Source: Eledone cirrhosa
Lineage: Eukaryota
Reading direction: 5' to 3'
Length of the DNA: 64,000 nucleotides
NCBI GenBank assembly: GCA_964016885.1
Contig: OZ024740.1
Location: 102,052,001 to 102,116,000 of the forward strand
The notes beneath the pieces are model-generated. The model searched no databases. It was not told the origin of the DNA and saw nothing but the letters and a program-made list of their open reading frames with translations. Positions 38,891 to 52,199 of the stretch are shown here, in pieces. A program made the translations under genes and the position numbers. Position 1 is the stretch's first letter; every line of letters starts with the position of its first letter.

Positions 38891-39805
38891 TTATATATTT
38901 ATTTATTTATGTATTTATTATTTTGCAGGTATGTATATCCTCAATATATCAATATAAATTCAGTACATGGTATTTTGAAGACAAAATAATTTGGTGAGTT
39001 AATATTGTGTATTTATTATCTGTCTTAGTAATATATCTCTTAAGACATGTTTTCTTTGCTGCTGTAAATGTACAAATCCAATCATTTATATGAATTCTTG
39101 GAGCACAGATAGATTAGTGAAATCTAGCAATTCAATCATTTGTGAGAGTTCTTAAAGCAGTTGCCAACTCAGATATGTTTTCTACTCTTCAGTTCCAAAC
39201 ATATGTATGGCTTCTTTGACTGAATAATGTTGTTAATCCTTTATATATATATGTATGTGTGTGTGTGTGTGTGTGTATTCTGCCACGTGCAGCTGATATA
39301 GTCGTTTCTGTGATGGTGCCAATGTTTTGCTGGTATTGCTTGATACTGTTTTACTCCAAGTTTCATGTCAGTGAGTTGCATTAGATGTGTAACCATTCAT
39401 GACAATTTGAACATTGTATTATCACTATGGTCCATTTAATCTATCATGCACTACTGACAAGTTAGGATTAATATGCCCAGTGGGTAGATAGTAGGAGACA
39501 AACTTTGTCATGTAGTTATTATTATAGCTGTGGTTTTTGCTGTGTTTTTTAGACCATTTCAACCATAATCATCCCATCTTTTATTCAAAGTTTCTGTATA
39601 TAGGACTAAATTATCCATTGTACCTTTTTTTTTAATACGATAGCTCTGTATGTGAGATTTAACTGTCATTTCTAGCGTTTGATGATAATAATAATTATAA
39701 TGAAATTATTGTGTACAGTGCTCAGGTGCACTACAGCTCATCAAAGTGACTGTATAGAGACTCTTCACTGGCTTGTTTTCTTTTCAGGGCTGTTGTTTTT
39801 TTGTT

Positions 39806-40250
39806 TAGCTTCTAGTCATAGTTTTAGCTTCTAGTCATAGTTTTTAGCTTCTAGTCATAGTTTTTAGCTTCTAGTCATATATTTAACTTCTAGTCATAGT
39901 TTTTAAATTCTAGTCATTTTTTTTTTTAGCTTCTAGTCATATTTTTAGCTTCAAGTCAAAATTTAGCTTCTATTCATAGTTTTAGCTTCAAGTCATAGTT
40001 TTAGCTTCAAGTCATAGTTTTAGCTTCTAGTTATATATTTAGCTTCTAATTATATATTTAGCTTCAAGACATATATTTAACCTCAAGTCATATTTTTAGC
40101 TTCTAGTCATATATTTAGCTTCATCACTTTAAGTCATATATTTAGCTTCATCATCATCATCGTTTTACGTCCGTTCTTCCACGCTAGCATGGGTTAGACG
40201 ATTTAGCTTCTAGTTATATTTTTAACTTCTAGTTATTTATTTAGCTTCAA
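39806..40250. repeat. Minisatellite, ~19-20-bp unit TTTTAGCTTCTAGTCATAG, interrupted by an RTE tail at 40150-40200
   Basis: About 20 tandem units read directly. Confidence 0.92.
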
Positions 40251-40641
40251 GAAAGTAAAATGGTGATTTTGTTGTCAAATCAATTGGCCAAACAATATAC
40301 TTCTTGCTTTTCTAAAATCTTGCAGTTTTGCTTGGACTGTGCTTCACTGATGAGATCTAATAAGAGTAAAACATAGCCAGAGCTGCTGGTGTATTGCTGT
40401 AAATCAGATTCAGCTCTTTCCACTCACACTTCATTCCATATTTAATAAATATTGTATAAAAAAAAATTCAGGATTATCTCCTCTGCTTTTTCTGATCAGA
40501 AATTGGCATTTAAATAATATTTGTTCTCACTGGTGGGCAATAAAGAAATCATTATTAATGATGTCATTTTATTTTAATTAAAATTTCTTGGTTTGCAGTC
40601 TCTTTACTATTTTCTTTTCACTAACTAGCAACCAAAACACT

Positions 40642-40724
<83 letters not shown>

Positions 40725-41404
40725 CTCTCTCTCTCTCTCTGTAACACAAATCAGTTTTTACCAATGTTACTTCAAGAAAATTCTATATCTTGTACAACCA
40801 CTCTAAGACATTGATTCCCAACCTTTTCACTACAATCGACTCCTTTATATAAATAATTTTCCTCGTGGTAACAAATATACAAATACTCCTCTTCTAGATT
40901 ATCATACAGCAAGAATAACAACGGACAAAGAGAAATGTTTATATTTATTAACGATCAGACACCCAAAAGTGTGTGTATATTTTGTTTTCAAAGTACGTAG
41001 CTCTTGAGTCTTCAGTACAATCTTTGTGGATCCCCTGAGTTTATCTCCCCTGTTTTCGTTGTTTATTTATTTGCTTGTTTTTTTTACATATTTGGTCATT
41101 AACCCTTAACATTCTGCATCACATGAAAGTGCATTAGCATGACGTTCTTGAAACTACAAAAACATGACTATGACTGTATCACATTAACAATTAAAGTGTT
41201 TACTCTAATACAGCTTATTTTAATAATGATCTATCCTCTAGTAAATATACTATGTATGGTATGGTCCCATAACTCCTGATAGTCACAGGGCTGCCATATT
41301 GACATATGGCATTTCTTGGGCATATTGACATATGGCATTTTAAGCCTGGCGGAGCCTATCCCTCTCTAGGTTTGAGTACAGCAGATTTCTTCCAGAGAGA
41401 GGAA

Positions 41405-41554
41405 AAATCGACCCCAGTACTTTTTTTTATCAACCTCGAAAGGATGAAAGGCAAAGTTCACCTCAGTGGGATTTGAACTCAGAGAGCAGAGAGTCAGAAC
41501 AAATACCATAAAGCACTCTATCTGACATTCTAACAATTCTGCCAATTCGCCACC
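41405..41554 (-). mobile_element. Meta/MESC-like tRNA SINE, possibly nested in a TTAA-flanked MITE (41099-41614)
   Basis: AAGGATGAAAGGCAAAGTT..GGATTTGAACTCAG..CTGCCAATTCGCCACC; outer ends TTAACCCTT / AAGAGTTAA. Confidence 0.7.
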
Positions 41555-41957
41555 TTTGAAACTTACTATAAACATTTGAATTAACAAAATCATTACAGGG
41601 TGAAAAGAGTTAAGGTAACGATGTATTTTCTCATCATAAAGGGTGTAATTTTAATTAATAAATATTTCTTAGCTCACTACATTAAATATGTGAATACCCA
41701 CTTTAACTATTCCTATTTATATGTCTATCACAGAGGAAAAAATAAAACACCAACCACAAAAGCAATTAAGCAATAGACATCCATTTTATCATGTTAATTC
41801 TTATATATTTTCTCGCACACTACTTATCTATATTTCTCCACGATATCTTTTTTGTGCAATCCGATACATGTTTTATATATTTTCCTCAATGTTTTTTTCA
41901 TTTTTGTGTAACCTAATTTCCAGCAAGCAACTGTTACATACTCATATATACTTATAT

Positions 41958-42027
<70 letters not shown>

Positions 42028-42177
42028 ACACCTATACATATGCATTCATGTACAATATGCATATACTTGCCTCCCACTATCTTTCTTACTAATACATTGC
42101 CATAAATGCGCACACACACACACACACATACACACACTCATGCATGCATACATACACATACATATACTTGCACTCCA

Positions 42178-42275
42178 TACACACATACAGATACATGCAC
42201 TACACACATACAGATACATGCACTACACACATACAGATACATGCACTACATACATAGAGATACATGCACTACATA
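42178..42275. repeat. 22-bp tandem repeat ACACATACAGATACATGCACTAC-like, ~4 copies
   Basis: Read directly from the sequence. Confidence 0.85.
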
Positions 42276-43497
42276 CATACATATATGTACAGTGCGTGTT
42301 CTTTATAAGAGATTTCATGAATGCTGAAGTGGTATTTTAAACAAGCATATTTTGTCCTAACAATAAATAATTCTTTCTAAGATTAAAAGCAAAGCAAAGC
42401 AAAGCATGCTATTAGAAATATGGTCTATGTTATGGAGAAAGTACTTTGACACAATCATCTGTACCTACATCAAGCAGATAGATAATTTGCACTTAAAGTG
42501 TGCAATATATGCTACTGAGTGCTCTTCTATGAATTAGGTTATTCATAACCACTTCCAAACAAGATACTTCTTTCATTATCCCTGTTGTTGCTTAAAACTC
42601 TTGCCTGAGCTACCTTACATTATTACTTGTGACACATTATTACCATATGTGTATCGTCTTATTAGTCACCTATTGTTTGTTTAGGGTACTTAATGTCTAT
42701 AGATGTTACAGCAGCTTTATTGTTCTTTGTTATACTTATTATCTTTATCGTGTTTTTTTTTTTTACGGTTTAGTCAAAGAAGGAAAATCAGTGCCTATGA
42801 CCCCTTTCAGGGCTCCCAAAACTGATGGGAGTTAAAGAGAAAGGTATCCTTCAACCAAAGACCAGACTTGAATGCTTGCAACAGAATGTACTCTGCTAAA
42901 GGCACTTAAGGCCATGGTGGTAGTCTTAAACTGGGCAACAGTAGAATTGGAAATTAGAATGCAAAGAGTCAGAACAAATGTCACAAGGCATCACATCTGA
43001 TGTTCTAATGACTCTGTGAAAGGTGTGTCATTGTTGTTTTCATGGTTAAATAAACCTATGATCAAAGGCATTCCAGCCATGACCATGCCATCTGTTTTCA
43101 GACATTTTACAGCACAGACTCCTATGTGATCATCCCCAAAGATAGTGCAATAGGTTTTTAATTTATTTGACTACTATTTCTAATATATTGAGCAACTATG
43201 TAGAGTAGAGAATAAATAATGGTGTCCTAAAATTAGGGAGGAGGGTATTATCCCTAAAATATAAGCATGAGTTCCGTAATTTGGGGAAAATTATATAACA
43301 GTTCCATGACAATGTAGGTTTGGTGTATAACATAACAACTGGCTGCTGTTTAAATACTTTCTATGAGCTTCATGAGACAGGTGACTACAGCTATTCAGCA
43401 GTAATAATAATAACTTTTTTTTACATAACTAAAAATGATTAGGATAATGATAATTGGTTTCACTGTATGATTATCATTATTAATTTTGTTTCCAATT

Positions 43498-43690
43498 GGT
43501 GGATTAGCAGTATCGGTAGAGGGTCGGATGCCATGCTTTGACGCATAGAGTTACGGCCCTTTCCATTCTGAGTTCAAATCCTGCCAAGGTTAACTTTGCC
43601 TTTCATCCTTACGGGGTCGATAAAATAAAGTACCAGTAATACACTGGGTAATTGCTGGACTTGTGCCAAAAGTAGAAACAATTATTAATT
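43498..43690 (+). mobile_element. Meta/MESC-like tRNA SINE
   Basis: Same consensus as 13987-14170. Confidence 0.88.
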
Positions 43691-43945
43691 TTGTTTCTTT
43701 ATTTTCCATTCGGTGGAATATGAAGAGGAAGCTAAGCTTATGTATAATATGTGTGTGTGTGTGTGTGTGCACTTATAAATATATAGAAACTTACATATGT
43801 AAATATATGTATGCATATAAAGAGAGATAGAGAGAAGTAAAATCCCGACCACAGGATTTTACATATATCTATATACACTCTGTATCTCTCCATCCATTGA
43901 GTACTCCCATGATTAGTGGTCTCCTCGGTCCCAACACCACAAATA

Positions 43946-44018
<73 letters not shown>

Positions 44019-44515
44019 GAAGTGAGCTAACAGCCAAAGTGTATAATAAAGTTATATCTGTTTAAATACAAGGTATGTAACCTAGACTGCACCAACCTGT
44101 ATAAATATGTACACATATCTAATATGTAGGCATGTAAACATGCCAGCAAATACAAATGGGTTTTGTTTTTCACTCTGCAAGATATAAAAAATGAGCCTCC
44201 TCACCAAGCAGGATTGTTTGGGTTGCTGGTTTAGTCGCTGCTAAGCCAGCCATGTGACAGATAGTATAGGCTACATGTCACTAGTAGCACTTTGAAACGA
44301 CCTGACATACATACATGTGTGTGTGTGTATGATACCGTCATCTACCATAACTAGAATAGAAACAAATCTAAACCAAAACCACATATCAACAGCACCATTA
44401 AACTTTAATGTGTTCCATGCTGGCATATATATGTGCATATATATATATATTCTAAATGCAGTTTACACTGTGGGGCATTCCCTTCATCACCTGTTGATTG
44501 GATATCTCAACAATT

Positions 44516-44643
44516 CAGCACCTCCCATTGGTATCACTCCCTCTAGTGGTACCAAACAGCACCTACCATTGGTATCACTCCCTCTAGTGGTACCAAACAG
44601 CACCTCCCATTGGTATCACTCCCTCTAGTGGTACCAAACAGCA
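44516..44643. repeat. 41-bp tandem repeat x3 with an internal hairpin
   Basis: CAGCACCTCCCATTGGTATCACTCCCTCTAGTGGTACCAAA repeated three times. Confidence 0.92.
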
Positions 44644-44769
44644 CTAATGCTACAAGAGAATGTCCAGGTTTTATTATCCACACTTTAGTACAATTCTTTC
44701 TCATTATCCATACTGCTATCACCAGAATCAGGATGCTGTTGTAACCATTCCTATCATTCAGGAATGTTG

Positions 44770-45080
44770 ATGTTTACTCTCTGCTCTGGGCACTGGTCTT
44801 TCTCTCAAATCTTTTTACAATATATATAATGAAGCTTTTCTGCCTCCATCCCAGCTCTTTTATCACCTCTCTACTCTCTTTTCCAAGTCTAATGCCAGCT
44901 AAAGAGGTTATGGTGGATTTAGCCACAATTCCATGGCATCCAACCCCAACCAGAAGCAATGTATGCTGCCCTATTCGTCTCTCAAATAACTCCTTTAGAT
45001 CCTCATATTCTATGTACTTTCTTTTATGGGCCCACTCCATATTGCCTTCCCAAGGCGTTATCAGTTTAATAATTAGGTAG
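44770..45080 (-). pseudogene. Hero/NeSL-type non-LTR restriction-like endonuclease fragment
   Basis: IIKLITPWEGNMEWAHKRKYIEYEDL...LLVGVGCHGIVAKST (cf. IELTVPWExNxEEAHERKxxKYxxL...VEVGCRGF). Confidence 0.7.
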
Positions 45081-45691
45081 CAGGTTGGCAGAGCCAGTTG
45101 ATCATCAGATAGAAATCTTTGTTGTACTTGTCTGTCTCTCTATACTCTGAGTTCAAATCCTATCCAGGTCAAGTTTGTCTTTTATCCTTTCAAGGTCGAT
45201 AAAAACAATTACTAGTCCAGTTTTAGGTCCATTCTTCCTTTATATGAGTTTCTTACATCTCTCTCAATTTCTATCAGTTTCTGGAAGTAATCAGCTGTGT
45301 TGAGGCCTAGAGAGAGAATGGGCTCTGCCAGGTTACAAGAAACACTGTATGTCACTACATCATGTAATGCAAGAAACACTCTATGTCACTACATCACCCC
45401 TATGACTCAATCAGGAGTTATGGGTCCTTGTGTATATATATATATGTATATATACTTACATGTGTATATGAATGTTACAAAGAAAATGTGTGATAAATCG
45501 ATACATTGATGAATATATATGTATGTATGTATGAACATATCTATCTATATATATATATATCTATATATATATCTATCTATATCTATAATATATAATTACT
45601 ACAACTCTAACACAAGTATGGAGTCACCACATAGGTAGATATTTGTTGTCATTTATGTATCTATCGATCTACAAAACAATGTTAATAGCTA

Positions 45692-45744
<53 letters not shown>

Positions 45745-46329
45745 AGTTGGATAGGTTGAATGTATATTTCCATTATTACCAAATATATCCTTTAGAAATT
45801 CTATTGTGAATGTCTTATATAAGAGATATTCTTCATATATAAGATAATTATTATTTATTGCAGACTAGAAAGTATTTCTTTCTCTGTCTCTGTATTGATA
45901 GGTTTATTTCTATAATACACCAGATGAAAAGATGTTTGGGTTTCAATTCTTGGACTTTAGTGCATTGCTTTATATTCTATTCCTTCTTTACCTTCCTTTT
46001 TGTTGTTCATTTTTTTTTTTATTTCTTTTCGACAAATCTCACTGATATTTCTAGCAACCAATTACTTGAATGCATGTGTGTGTGTGGGCCTCTCTGTGTA
46101 TGTGTGTGTGTGTTTTCCTAAAATATTCCTAACTCTATCCAGGAGAAGATATGTGTATATGTGTGTGGGTATGTATGTGCATGTGTGTGTGTTTGTATTA
46201 TATTGTTCCTCTTTCCATTAACGATATATTTATGTGTATGTAAATATATATATATATGTGTGTGTATATATATAGTATATCTGTATAGTGTATATGTATA
46301 TATGTATATGTATATATATATATGTATAG

Positions 46330-46553
46330 TCATCATCATCATCATTATCATCATCGTTTAACATCCATCTTCCACACTTGCATGGGTTTGGACGGGAATT
46401 TTCCCACTTGAGTCAAGATTGGTTGTCTTGCTCGCATAGGACTGTCTGGCGGGTTTTCTACAGCTGGATGCCCTTCCTAACACCAACCACGTTTACAGTG
46501 TGGACTGGGAGGTTTTTACCGTGTTACCTACACGGCCACATTACAGCGTGGAC
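46330..46553 (-). mobile_element. RTE 3'UTR copy of the 9641-12630 subfamily
   Basis: Matches 9641-9860 closely. Confidence 0.9.
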
Positions 46554-46763
46554 TAGTGTATATGTATATATATATATATATGTATAGTGTATATGTATAT
46601 ATATATGTGTGTGTGTGTGTATATATATATATGTGTGTGTGTATATATGTATATATATATGTGTATATATATATGTGTGTGTGTGTGTATATATGTACAT
46701 TTCTATGTGTATGTGTGTGTATATATATATATATATATATGTATATACATATATATATATGTG

Positions 46764-46797
<34 letters not shown>

Positions 46798-47065
46798 GTG
46801 CATGAATGCATGTATAAAGTCAGTTCAATATTTTCTTTAATATATATTAATTCATTACCAAGCTAAAATAGTTCTTTCATATTTCTTTCACCCCTATTGT
46901 TCATTTTTAGTAATATGGCCTATATATGTGGTCTTGCTTTCTTTTTCTATTTAAGCATAGGATTACGCTAGTCCAACATTCTGAGCTCCTTTTTATTTAT
47001 TAATATTTATCTATTTATGTACATTATCTGCTTTTTGTGTTTGTTAATTATTATTATGATTACAC

Positions 47066-47700
47066 TGGCAGTATCGGTAGAGGGTCGGACGCCATGCTTT
47101 GATGCATAGAGTTACGTCCCTTTATGATCTGAGTTCAAATCCCGCCGAGGTTAACTTTGCCTTTCATCCTTACGGGGTCGATAAAATAAAGTACCAGTAA
47201 TACACTGGGTAATTGCTGGCTTTGTGCCAAAAGTAGAAACAATTATTATGATTAGACTGCTGTTGTTGTTTGTGGTGGTGGATTGGCAGAATGGGTAGAC
47301 AACATGCTTCGTAGTATAATTACAACCCTTTATGTTCTGAGTCAAATCCCGCCGAGGTTAACTTTGCCTTTCATCCTTACGGCGTCGATAAAATAAAGTA
47401 CCAGTAATACATTGGGTAATTGCTGGCCTTGTGCCAAAAGTAGAAACACTTATTACTATTATACGGCAATGTAGGGAGGTGGATTGGCACTACTGATAGG
47501 GCATCGGACACCTTGCTTCACAGTATAAAGTTGCATACCTGTTCTGTTCTGAGTTCAAATCTACCCAGGTAAGCTTTGCTTTTCATCCTAACGGAGTCAA
47601 TAAAATAAAGCACCAGTAATGAACTCGGGTCGATTTAATCAACATTCCCTTCCCCAAAAATTGTTTGCCTTGTGCCTAAATCAGAAACCATTATTAGTCT
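47066..47700 (+). mobile_element. Three head-to-tail Meta/MESC-like SINEs (47066-47250, 47277-47460, 47478-47700); partial copy at 48108-48210
   Basis: Three successive matches to the SINE consensus, each with its own substitutions. Confidence 0.88.
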
Positions 47701-48094
47701 TATTGTTATTGCATGTTGTCACTGGATTACCGAGCACAGCTCTGTGTTCCTTGGGTTTGTGTAGTGTTGTTGTTTCTATTATTTTGAGAGTATTCTTCAC
47801 AATATATGTGTAGTAATAGTTTCTGTATGCTGTAAGTCCTGGAATTTTGGTTATGTATCTGCCGTCTAACCCATGCTCCCGTCTAACTCATGCTAGCATG
47901 GAAGATGGACGTTAAATGATGATGATGATGATGATGATCTGCATGTGTATCTTTTTATCATTCACTGAGATCCTGTTATAATAGGTATTGTTTCTATTAT
48001 CATTATCCACATTCAGATATTTTTCTATCTCCAGATTATTTGGATAATTTCTCCATTCCTTTGATAGTTAGATTGTCATCTGTTATCATCTTTG
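47591..48094 (+). repeat. Arm of a long inverted duplication (partner 63497-64000)
   Basis: 504 bp reverse-complementary to the window end; identical 64-aa ORFs at 47619-47813(+) and 63778-63972(-). Confidence 0.95.
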
Positions 48095-49680
48095 ACTATA
48101 ATATCTAATAACTTTGCCTTTCATCCTTACAGGGTCGATAAAATAAAGTACCAGTAATGTACTGGGTAATTGATGGCCTTGTGCCAAAAGTAGAAACAAT
48201 TATCATTATTGTTGTTATTATTAATATTATAATCTTCAAATCAGTCTAACTGTTATTTAGTGTTTTGATAAGTATATGTATTTAGTGCTCTCTCTTTCTT
48301 TCTCTCTTTTCTCACTTTCCAACTCATCAATTTAGTGATCATAGAAAGCTTGGGAAAGACTAACTAAAAGGCATTCTCATTAAGGACTTGCTGCAGATTG
48401 GAAGATGTATGTTTTTAGGGCTCTCCTCTCTCTCTCTCTTTCTCTTGTCTCACTTTCCAACTCATCGATATGGTGGTCATAGAAAGCATTTGAAAGATTA
48501 ACTGAAGGGCATCCTCATTGTCTATTCAATTCTTATCAAAGGTCTTCAAGGACTCGCTGCAGATTGGAAGGTGTGGGAGGATAGTTGTACATGATGATGG
48601 TGTGCAACTTTTCAAAGCTGAATGCATTAGAAAATAGGATAGTTGAATTGAAGCCCATCACCATTTGCCAATTTTAATCATCCAACAGATATTATGTGGA
48701 ATGTTATCCCTGTTTAACCAGTTCCCGATCTGTTCATCTGTGTTATCATGAAAGGTTTGGTTGATATATCTGTTGGAGAGAGACAATATAATCATTGAAT
48801 TGATTGACATCCTGCACACTTATAAAGAGAGCGAAAGAGATGGGATGAATTGGCTGAAACATTAGAACATTCGGTCACATGCCTAGTAGCTTCTATTCTG
48901 ATACATTGTGTAGTGAGTTCAATTCTCGTTGAGGTCAACTTTGACTTTCATCTTTCTTGAGTCAACTAAAGTACCAGTGTAGAGTGGTGGACTCATGGAA
49001 TTGTTAAAGCATCTTGCAGTATTTATTTTGTCTCTTTGCATTCTGATCTTACCATATCTTACTTAATATTTTGTCTTGTTAAATACTACCACCTAGCTTT
49101 CAAGTGCCTTTAGTAGAGTCCACTTTGTTACATTCATTCATTCAGATCTCAACTAGGAATTTTGGATACCTTCCTCCCTCCAAATACTTGTGATTTTAAA
49201 TAAATAAAAAAGTTTTTAAAAAAAAAAATATTGATTGTCAAAAAGAATAATTTTGATAAATTTGAATGAGTAAAAATTTAGCAATTTTTCTTTTCTTTTT
49301 CCCTCAGATATTATAAGCCCAATGAAGTCAATTTTAAATAAACTAAATAGCATTTATACTTTTAAAATCAAACTTTATAAAGACATTTATAACCACTGCT
49401 AGCAATACATAATTATTCTCATTCTAAATGGCAGTGAATTGGTTTGGCAATTGTTTGCAGAAATACTTTGTGTGTCAGTGTACTGCTGGAGAGAAAGAAA
49501 GAATAAAGACATATTATTAGAGATTTACTTAGAAATAATTCCATATCAGTAATGTTCAATGCTCCAACAATAATATATAAGCATGTGTGTGTGTAGGAAA
49601 GAAATTTTTTATTCCACACAGTTAGAAGCATAAATAAATCTTCCTCGAAGCTCTGAAGTACATTTTCAACTTCTTTCCTT

Positions 49681-49715
<35 letters not shown>

Positions 49716-50423
49716 ATGGGTGTGTTTGCATTCATGCATGTATGTGTTTAATGTATTTAGTAAAAATGTATATTATACTCTTTCCTTTTTTTTTTTTTTT
49801 AATTGATCAACAAGATCCCATTTGCTAACCAAGGAAACAATGTTTACTTTGGTCTTTCCCTTGCTAATATTGCCTACTGGTCACAAATAGCAACATGAAA
49901 TAAAGTGTCTTGCTCAAGGACAAAACACATTGCCCAGTCCGAGAATCGAACTTGCAACCTCACAATTGTGAATCTAATTTTCTAACCACTAAGCCATTAT
50001 ATTGGAGTTAAGTTAGTTTATGATTTTATAGTTGAGAACAATTTGAGTTTTAAATAATTCAACTGTTTCTTAGTTGATTCTTTATAGAATTGCTTATAAA
50101 AATTAAATTAAATATCTTTTAAAACTAAATTTTATGTCAATGAGGCAAACATTATCACCATTAAATTCATCAAATGTTCCAGGCTCACAGAGGGAGTCTC
50201 TACGTGGTGTTTTTGCTTCCCTTTCTAAAATTAGCAGCTGAATCTCACTCAAACCACATCCTGCCATCTTTAATATTTTACATCTGTTTTTCCATGGGTT
50301 GGACAGGACAATTTGATTAAATATAGGATGGGCATGGATGTAATATCTTTGATCAGCAACCTAGTGGATTACCAGGACCTAAAAAGAATAGCAACAACTT
50401 CTTAAGTTTGCACATTACTCAAT

Positions 50424-51418
50424 ACCAGATAGAAAAATGTGTACAGCAAAAAAAAGTAATATTGTTGGAATATAAACCTTTAAAAATACAGGACAAGAAA
50501 CTAAAATAAAACTTTAAAAGAATAGGACAAGAAACTAAGATAAAACTTTAAAAGAATAGGACAAGAAACTAAGATAAAACTTTAAAGAATTGGACAAGAA
50601 ATAAAAAATTTTACAATAATATTAGTGGCAAAATTTTTATTTGTAAAAAATCGAGTTCCACATTCATAGGCTCTGGGTTCCACATTCAGAGGTCGTCATC
50701 AGACCGGGGGGATCATTTGATCCTGGTTTGAACACCAATTGGGCCATAACCATACCCCTATTTCATCATTCGGCGACACGCCTCATGTGTTATGCATAAT
50801 GTGAATGGACCCATGGGCCCATGAGCACAGATCTTGAGCAGCAGTGGATGGTCTTGTCGTCCCGCTCATCCTTGATCTTGACCAACACGTCCATCTTCTC
50901 CTTGCATCTTGTCCTTGAGTTCAAGTCCGGCAGTCCAGATGAATGCGTGCCACAGCTTCCTGGTACAGGAAGGGGGAGCAGGAGGACTGGAGGGATGATG
51001 GGACAGAGGGAGGGAGGACCGGTGGTTGAGAGAGGTGCCGTAGTCGGTGGTCAGAGTCGACATCTTGTCCCGGTCGTCTTCTCCATCTTCGTCTGGTGTT
51101 GCGGGACCAGAAGTGCATTCTTGGAGGAGACCTGCAGCTGCATCAGCCAATTCTTCTTGCAATGGTCATTCTGACGGAGCAGAACTGCTCAGCCAACCAA
51201 CCCCAACCAGAACCAACCGCTCAGGGGCAACGCACAATGAGAGCATGACAATTATTATGCACTAATCAAGAAGATACTGGGGCATAGCACAGGAAACGAA
51301 TAAAAAAATTTTGCCACTAATATTATTGTAAAATTTTTTATTTCTTGTCCTGTATTTTTAAAGGTTTATATTCCAACAATATTACTTTTTTTTTGCTGTA
51401 CGCATTTTTCTATCTGGT
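50424..51418. mobile_element. Unclassified insertion: GC-rich ~650-bp core between inverted AT-rich arms
   Basis: 50424-50642 (with a 34-bp tandem expansion at ~50489-50601) is the reverse complement of 51299-51418. Confidence 0.7.
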
Positions 51419-52199
51419 CTACTATCGTCCGTTTAGGATTTACAACATATCTGAACATTATGGGGAAACCTCTACATGGTCATTCAAGCTGCTAGAAGTA
51501 GCTGACTTGGGGTTAAATAACATCATAGGCTTGATCAAGAAAAGCTGGCTGGCTGAAGGGAACAACAAGCACAACATATACAAGCCAATTATAGAGCCTC
51601 TGCAAAGTTTGTCAACTTGCTAGAAAAAGCAGCCAAATCTCTCTAAAATCACAGTCGATTGTAATTATTCCAAGATACACTGTGTGGATATAAAATGAGA
51701 TGGTCAAGTCTGGAATGCCTTTGATCATATGGTTGCTCAATCGGGGCTTACCTAGTGCTAAACAACAAAAACACCAGCACTAACAGGAACATAAAAATTA
51801 GACTTTGATCCATAGTTCTTTATCAGAAGCTTTGAATTTATGGAACCAAAATATTTTTTATTCAATATTATTTACTTAAAATTATCTATATTTGCAAACT
51901 ATTTTCTTCTTAATATTTATTTACTCTGTATCTTATTTTTTTTTTATTAATTGTTGTTGTTGTTGATGATTTAAGTACCTGATTTTCAGTAGTAACTATA
52001 AAAAGGAAACATAAAATTTCATGTTTCATGAAACACTTCTAATCACTACATCCTTTCAGATATATATTTATTTTCCCACTTCAAAGAAAGGACGATAAAA
52101 AAACAGACAAACAAAATAAATTAAATATGTTTGAATTCTATTTACTTTCCTTTCAAAAGCATAAAATTACTACTGCATGCATACACATAAACATACACA

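Noticed and set aside
40345-40385. Hammerhead candidate CTGATGAGATCTAATAAGAGTAAAAC
   Set aside because: Stem II is poorly paired and the GAAA box is absent.
44516-44643. CRISPR-like array (palindromic repeats)
   Set aside because: The repeats are contiguous with no unique spacers, there are no cas genes, and the context is eukaryotic.
48287-48572. Imperfect ~130-bp tandem duplication
   Set aside because: Ordinary local duplication with no further structure.
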